From: Bacteroidota bacterium
GTDB taxonomy: Bacteria; Bacteroidota; Bacteroidia; Chitinophagales; Saprospiraceae
Direction: 5' to 3'
Length of the DNA: 54,858 nucleotides
NCBI GenBank assembly: GCA_024277695.1
Contig: JAJRUR010000076.1
Coordinates: 1-54,858, forward strand
Below the pieces are notes generated by a model. The model did not search any database. It was not told the DNA's origin and saw only the letters and a program-made list of their open reading frames with translations. The position numbers and the translations under genes are program-made. The stretch's first letter is position 1. Every line of letters begins with the position of its first letter. Of the stretch, positions 49,767 through 54,858 are shown piece by piece.

Positions 49767-51539
49767 ATGCGTTTTGTTATATTTTGCTTGTGTCTTTCTG
49801 TTCTTATGTCTGCTTGCAAACAAAAGGACCAAGCAGCAGGAATTGATAGTATAGAAAAGATCAACAAAGATGATGTTCGACTGATAGACCGAACCGAATT
49901 TTCTAAGCATGCCCGATCCATACCGGAAATTGCATTTTATCACAAACAATTAATAAAAGCTCTAGCTCGGACCAATAATGTCCTACTTCTGCCTCCTGAC
50001 GAAATTATAGACAGCAGCCATTATGCAGCGCAGATGATCGCTGTTGCAGATCCTGAGTTTCTTAGAGATACAAGGCATCATATTACCAAAGAACCCTTGC
50101 GAACTGAAATCATGACCGTCCGCAAAGCCTTACCTAGTGATTTGGTCCCTTCCTTGCGCTCGTGTGATGATTGTTATCGTGTAGAAATGTACAATTACTT
50201 CTATAACAAAACTACGGTAGCTACGGTAGATCTAAAACAAAAAAAACTAGTACATACTGAGCTCTTTACCGGTGCTCAAGCAGATATCAATAAAAGATTA
50301 ACGGACATTGCAACCCAGATAGCCATACACTCGCCGGAAGTCGCACTTGCATTAGGCCTAAAACCCGGCGAAGATCTCGCCACTATGTCCAATGTCAAAA
50401 CTTCTCTGCGCGGCACCAAGTGCGAACGTTCCAAACACCTCTGTGTCGCTCCGACTTTTGTCAAAGAAAATCGGGCTTTATGGACCATCGTAGATCTGAC
50501 CGATTTTACTTTAGTAGGTATCCGATGGACAGAACTCGGACAAGACCAACATCAAGTAGTCACGGAGCGTAGCCTACAAAATGACTTCATTATGACCAAT
50601 TATTGTCAGAAAGAAAATCCTTTCTCTCGAGATGGTTGGGAAGGACTCCATCGCTTAACCGGATCGGATGGATTAGAAATTATTGATGTCAGCTTCAAAG
50701 GAAAAAAAATTATCAACAGTGCAAAAATTGTCGATTGGCATGTGAGTTATTCCTTCAAAGAGGGATTTGGTTATAGTGATGCTACAGGTTGTCCTATGTT
50801 TAGCTCTGCCGCTGTGATTGCATTTGATGTGCCTTTTATCGAAGATATTCGTTCAGATTCGACTGTGATAGGATTTGCACTGGTCCAGGACTTTAGAAGT
50901 CCCGTGTGGCCTGCTCCATGCAATTATAGATACCAAAATCGTTATGAATTTTATAAAGACGGATCCTTCAGAATCGTCGGTATCAATCTGGGAAGAGGAT
51001 GCGGAGTCGATGGTTGGTATCGACCTGTCTTCCGCATGGATTTGGGACCGGATGACGAACTAAAATTCAAGTTTGAACAATATACATCTTCAGGTTGGGC
51101 AAGATGGAATAGCGAATCATATAATCTTCAAAAGCCATCTACAAAATATAGCCCCGAAGGATACTTGTATCGATTCATAGATCGGACAGGACACGGATAT
51201 TATGTCGAACCCTCCTATGGACAATTTCAAGATGGAGGACGTGGAGATTTTGCTTATAGCTATATCTCTGTTGACCACGAAGACCAAGACGAAGGAGCTA
51301 TGGATATGATTACGATCGGTGCTTGCTGCAATACGGACTATCGCCAAGGACCCAACCAGTTTATCGAACCCTCCGAGTCCATAAAAAATCAAAAGTTGAT
51401 CTACTGGTATGTCCCCCAAATGAAAAACGATAATACAAAAGGTGCTGAATATGCTTGGTGTCAAACAGAAGTAATAGATGGCAAAGCGCAGGTCAAAGTC
51501 TTTCCGGGTACAGTAGGACCCAAATTTGTACCTTTCTGA
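49767..51539 (+). CDS. Lipoprotein of unknown function whose C-terminal half resembles a copper amine oxidase catalytic fold
   Basis: Lipobox LMSAC. The segment CNYRYQNRYEFYKDGSFRIVGINLG, later YRPVFRMDLG and LIYWYVPQM, parallel the NYDY...DGTI, HxH..R.D and VVWHTFG blocks of amine oxidases as I remember them. The key residues differ. Confidence 0.35.
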   Translation: MRFVIFCLCLSVLMSACKQKDQAAGIDSIEKINKDDVRLIDRTEFSKHARSIPEIAFYHKQLIKALARTNNVLLLPPDEIIDSSHYAAQMIAVADPEFLRDTRHHITKEPLRTEIMTVRKALPSDLVPSLRSCDDCYRVEMYNYFYNKTTVATVDLKQKKLVHTELFTGAQADINKRLTDIATQIAIHSPEVALALGLKPGEDLATMSNVKTSLRGTKCERSKHLCVAPTFVKENRALWTIVDLTDFTLVGIRWTELGQDQHQVVTERSLQNDFIMTNYCQKENPFSRDGWEGLHRLTGSDGLEIIDVSFKGKKIINSAKIVDWHVSYSFKEGFGYSDATGCPMFSSAAVIAFDVPFIEDIRSDSTVIGFALVQDFRSPVWPAPCNYRYQNRYEFYKDGSFRIVGINLGRGCGVDGWYRPVFRMDLGPDDELKFKFEQYTSSGWARWNSESYNLQKPSTKYSPEGYLYRFIDRTGHGYYVEPSYGQFQDGGRGDFAYSYISVDHEDQDEGAMDMITIGACCNTDYRQGPNQFIEPSESIKNQKLIYWYVPQMKNDNTKGAEYAWCQTEVIDGKAQVKVFPGTVGPKFVPF

Positions 51540-51578
51540 TGAATACTACATAATGGAGTAGTTGTCTATATTTGTAAA

Positions 51579-52499
51579 ATGTTGTACATATCCAGAACTG
51601 CATTCTTACTCATAGTGATAGCTTTACTGTCAGGTGCTTGTACAGACGCTCCCAAACCTCTACCAAGAGGTCCTGTAAGTCACTGTGTAAAAAATCCTGC
51701 ATTTCTCAAAAAATATGGACTCAGCCCGCCGGTGTATATCGACTTGCGTCAAAAAGGACGCAAAGGCTTGGTCATCAGAGAAGCTTCAGCTAATGGAAAG
51801 GCACTCCAACTGCCCAGTTGGGATGATGCCGGTACATTAGGTGTGTATAGCGCAGATAATCAAGGCCATATATATATTAGCCCAATGCCCTTCGTCAGCC
51901 TATACGAAAGCCCTTTAAGTCTGCAAAATATCTTGTATCGAGTAGATGCTTTTACGGGCAAAATGGACTCTTTTATGATGATCCCTTACCGCAAACCACC
52001 CAGTACATCCAATCCATTTGGTGTTACAGGTTTGACCTTTGATTGCCAAACCGAACTGCTCTATGTCTCTTCTGTAGCCGGATCTTCTGCCGATCAAGAA
52101 TTAGGAGCTATTTATGCAATAGCCCCGGAGGACAAAACTGTAAAAGACAAATTACTCCAAGTGGATGCAATGGCTCTTTGTGTCTTTAATACGGGTACGC
52201 AAAAACGCCTTTATTTCGGCTTGGCTCGAAAACCTGAGGTCTATTCTATAGAACTGACTTCTGATGGTCGTTATAGGGGTACATCGCGCTTCGAATTCTC
52301 CCTGGCAAATATTAAAGGCGGTGGTTTTGATAATGCACAACATATCTCTATAGATCGAAACCACATCATGACCATCACAGGTCTCGAATTTAATTATACC
52401 CTTATGGCTGCTAGTGACCCGATGCGCAATATCTACCGCTTTCGATTTGACCCGAAAATAGAAAAATGGATAAATATCGATGTCAAAAAAGAAGGTTAG
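51579..52499 (+). CDS. Lipoprotein of unknown function (beta-rich)
   Basis: 306 aa with lipobox LSGAC. It starts 39 nt after the preceding gene. I recognised no motif. Confidence 0.5.
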   Translation: MLYISRTAFLLIVIALLSGACTDAPKPLPRGPVSHCVKNPAFLKKYGLSPPVYIDLRQKGRKGLVIREASANGKALQLPSWDDAGTLGVYSADNQGHIYISPMPFVSLYESPLSLQNILYRVDAFTGKMDSFMMIPYRKPPSTSNPFGVTGLTFDCQTELLYVSSVAGSSADQELGAIYAIAPEDKTVKDKLLQVDAMALCVFNTGTQKRLYFGLARKPEVYSIELTSDGRYRGTSRFEFSLANIKGGGFDNAQHISIDRNHIMTITGLEFNYTLMAASDPMRNIYRFRFDPKIEKWINIDVKKEG

Positions 52500-52621
52500 C
52501 TTTCTGAATATCTCTTCGGCACATGACTGGTCAAACTCTTCAAAAATAAATTGTCGACATATTCTTTAAAATGTATAACATTTTGAAACTATAATTCGGA
52601 GTTGGATTATCCAATGCATTA

Positions 52622-53644
52622 TCAATCCAAGTCCAAGGTTCCGGTCAAACTCTTTAAAAATGCTTCTATATCACAGATTTCTTGCTCCGTAAGCACTGTA
52701 TTGAGCTCAGCTTCTGCCATAATCCGAATAGCATCTTTTAATTGATCTACACTACCGTCATGAAAATATGGCCATGTCATCTCTATATTTCTTAAAGGCG
52801 AAACTTTAAACACGAACTTGTCTTGTTCTTTTTTGGTTTGTCTGTACATTCCCTTGTCCAAATGGTCACTACCCGTATAATCCCAGTAATAACCATACAC
52901 TGCAAAAGCTTGTGCCATCATACCTCCTAACAATGGACCACTATGACAGGGGATACATCCCTTATCCATAAACAATTTTAATCCCGATCGTTCTCTTTGA
53001 GTGAGAGCTTCCAAATCACCTGCTAAAAATTGATCAAAACGATCTCTGGTGACCAAAGTACGCTCAAAAGCACCAATACTCCGGGCTATGGTGGACAAGG
53101 AGATAATACTGTCATCCCTCGGAAATGCCTGCCTAAAAAGATCAGGATATTCAGCGTCAGACCATAGCCTAGCAAGTAACAAACTGTCCGAGGGCATCCC
53201 CATCTCATTTTTGCCAAAAATAGGTCGCAAAGACTGAGACTCTACTGTAGCTTCGCGAGCATCCCATAACTGAGCAAACTGTAGAAAAGCATTAAATACA
53301 GTCGGTGCATTGCGCAAACCCTTATTACCGTTATCTCCCACCGAAACTCTCTCATTATCAACACCGTATCTGTCTAGGGGGTGGCAACTATTACAAGACT
53401 TCGTCTTATTAAAAGAAAGTATAGAATCGAGGAACAATTGTCGTCCTAATTCAACCCTTAATTGCTGATATTGTCTATCTTCTCCCCATATTGGTTTTGG
53501 TAGGATATCAAAATATGCTTTTGCCTTCTCTAAGAGTACTTCATCTTCATCCAATATCTTTGGTTTTTGTTCGCAACTGATCCAAACGATACTAAGTAAT
53601 AAAGAGATAAAGTAAAAAGAAATAATATGAGACCACCAATTCAT
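52622..53644 (-). CDS. Di-heme cytochrome c peroxidase (CCP/MauG family)
   Basis: 340 aa with a signal/lipobox WISC and two CxxCH motifs (CNSCH and CIPCH) at the typical spacing. Confidence 0.88.
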   Translation of the reverse strand: MNWWSHIISFYFISLLLSIVWISCEQKPKILDEDEVLLEKAKAYFDILPKPIWGEDRQYQQLRVELGRQLFLDSILSFNKTKSCNSCHPLDRYGVDNERVSVGDNGNKGLRNAPTVFNAFLQFAQLWDAREATVESQSLRPIFGKNEMGMPSDSLLLARLWSDAEYPDLFRQAFPRDDSIISLSTIARSIGAFERTLVTRDRFDQFLAGDLEALTQRERSGLKLFMDKGCIPCHSGPLLGGMMAQAFAVYGYYWDYTGSDHLDKGMYRQTKKEQDKFVFKVSPLRNIEMTWPYFHDGSVDQLKDAIRIMAEAELNTVLTEQEICDIEAFLKSLTGTLDLD

Positions 53645-54069
53645 GATATTTTATTAGCATTCAAAGATACGTTTTCTTAGTCCAATCCAGCTATTATTAT
53701 TCGCCATGTGACTATACTTTGTCAAGCTAATATCCATACCTCGGTTATCATTTATAGGCATCGAGACAGATATTTTCAGATTTTTATCCCTTTTTATGTG
53801 GTAATAGGGGGTGAATTGCGATTTATATATAGAATAAACTTATATTGCTTAGTCATCACCCTTAAATATCAAAATTTATGTGACAAATGTTACTTTTTTT
53901 TTGATATATTTGTTATTTTTGCAGATATATATATACATTTTTCCATATTCTCAGATGGAGAGAACTAATTAATGAGTAAGTCTGACGAATAGCTACGAAC
54001 TGTTTAAATTATATTATTATGAAGTATTCCTTACCTAGGTGTCTGATGCACCATTCAGTTGATAACTTA

Positions 54070-54858
54070 ATGACAAGTTTAAAGAATAACTTGCCTTTCA
54101 AGTTAGTTGTAATCTTTTCCTTGAGCTTTGTACAAATACTATCCGCCCAAGTTGCTGGATCGTTAGATGATGATTTTACAGAAGTAGCTAACAATAATTT
54201 TAATTATAACGAAACCAATGGGTCTGCATCTAGTACCGGTTGTTTGGATTGGGGCGTCAATGGATATAATTCCAACAATGGTGGTAATATTTGGTATTGG
54301 TCCAATGGTTTTCGTACGCGAATTAATAATGATCAAGCACAAATGCGTGTAGGTGCCTATATTTCTGCAGGAGCGGACTTGTCAGACCTTGCCGGAGACA
54401 CGGTTACATTGACTTTTGATTATGGGGCAACTTCAGGTTCACCCTTGCGATTGTATTTTGATTCGTTATACGTACAACCTCCCGGAACTGGTGCTCCGGG
54501 TGGAACACCCGTATTGTTTCAGACATTCACAAGTTCAGGAACAGCTAATATAACGATACCCGATGAGTACTTAACTACAGGTTTTGGAATTCGTTTCCAA
54601 CACGGTACAAATCAAAATTTGTGGATCTCGGTCGATAACTTGTCCATTTCTACTACAAATGGCTGCCCTTACCCACCGGAGATTTGTAGCAACGGAATAG
54701 ATGACGATGGAGATGGTTTGGTGGACTGTGCTGATCCCGATTGTAGTGCGGAAATTTCTTGTGATCCCAATGCCGCTATATTTAAAGATGACTTCAGAAC
54801 AGGTACCTATGATGGCGATCAATCACAAGCCTGTGCTGCTTGGGCGCAAGACTGGCAG
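54070..54858 (+). CDS. Secreted protein, 5' partial in this window (open to the window end), with a Cys/Asp-rich CSNGIDDDGDGLVDCADPDC motif
   Basis: This ORF is absent from the track because it has no stop. I translated 54019-54858 by hand and found 280 sense codons. The ATG at 54070 gives the signal peptide MTSLKNNLPFKLVVIFSLSFVQILSAQ. An alternative ATG is at 54019. Confidence 0.7.
   Translation, partial: MTSLKNNLPFKLVVIFSLSFVQILSAQVAGSLDDDFTEVANNNFNYNETNGSASSTGCLDWGVNGYNSNNGGNIWYWSNGFRTRINNDQAQMRVGAYISAGADLSDLAGDTVTLTFDYGATSGSPLRLYFDSLYVQPPGTGAPGGTPVLFQTFTSSGTANITIPDEYLTTGFGIRFQHGTNQNLWISVDNLSISTTNGCPYPPEICSNGIDDDGDGLVDCADPDCSAEISCDPNAAIFKDDFRTGTYDGDQSQACAAWAQDWQ

Overview
This 54.9-kb window looks like a chromosomal segment of a Bacteroidota genome. 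Supporting signs: T9SS type A and type B C-terminal sorting domains on several large secreted proteins, a 286-aa primary sigma factor, and TAnnTTTG-type -7 boxes in front of RNA genes. I cannot assign genus or species from the sequence alone. Housekeeping genes are clear: tkt, fumC, sod, groES/groEL, hflX, rpoD, rseP, rsmE, hscB, three tRNAs and RNase P RNA. They are interleaved with envelope and surface loci: (i) a co-directional cluster at 621-8233 with a coiled-coil protein, a membrane-anchored PspA/IM30-like protein, an ABC importer whose binding protein is fused to an OmpA-like domain, an embedded heme-oxygenase-like iron enzyme, and a FadL-family outer-membrane channel; (ii) a Cu/cytochrome c operon that also carries a 1106-aa adhesin; (iii) a T9SS-cargo island at 25.3-34.1 kb; (iv) the known alpha-2-macroglobulin/PBP1C pair; (v) two lipoprotein genes convergent with a di-heme peroxidase. 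I recognised no transposase, integrase, reverse transcriptase, CRISPR array or classic defence gene. The most unusual signals are non-coding. A near-identical, GC-rich, hairpin-rich module of about 205 nt sits at the same distance (about 230 nt) upstream of two different T9SS-cargo genes and brackets a 3.2-kb two-gene cassette. A C13 homopolymer separates the ATG and signal peptide of one of those cargo genes from its body, which looks like a phase-variation switch. All functional calls rest on motif recognition by eye and were not checked against databases.
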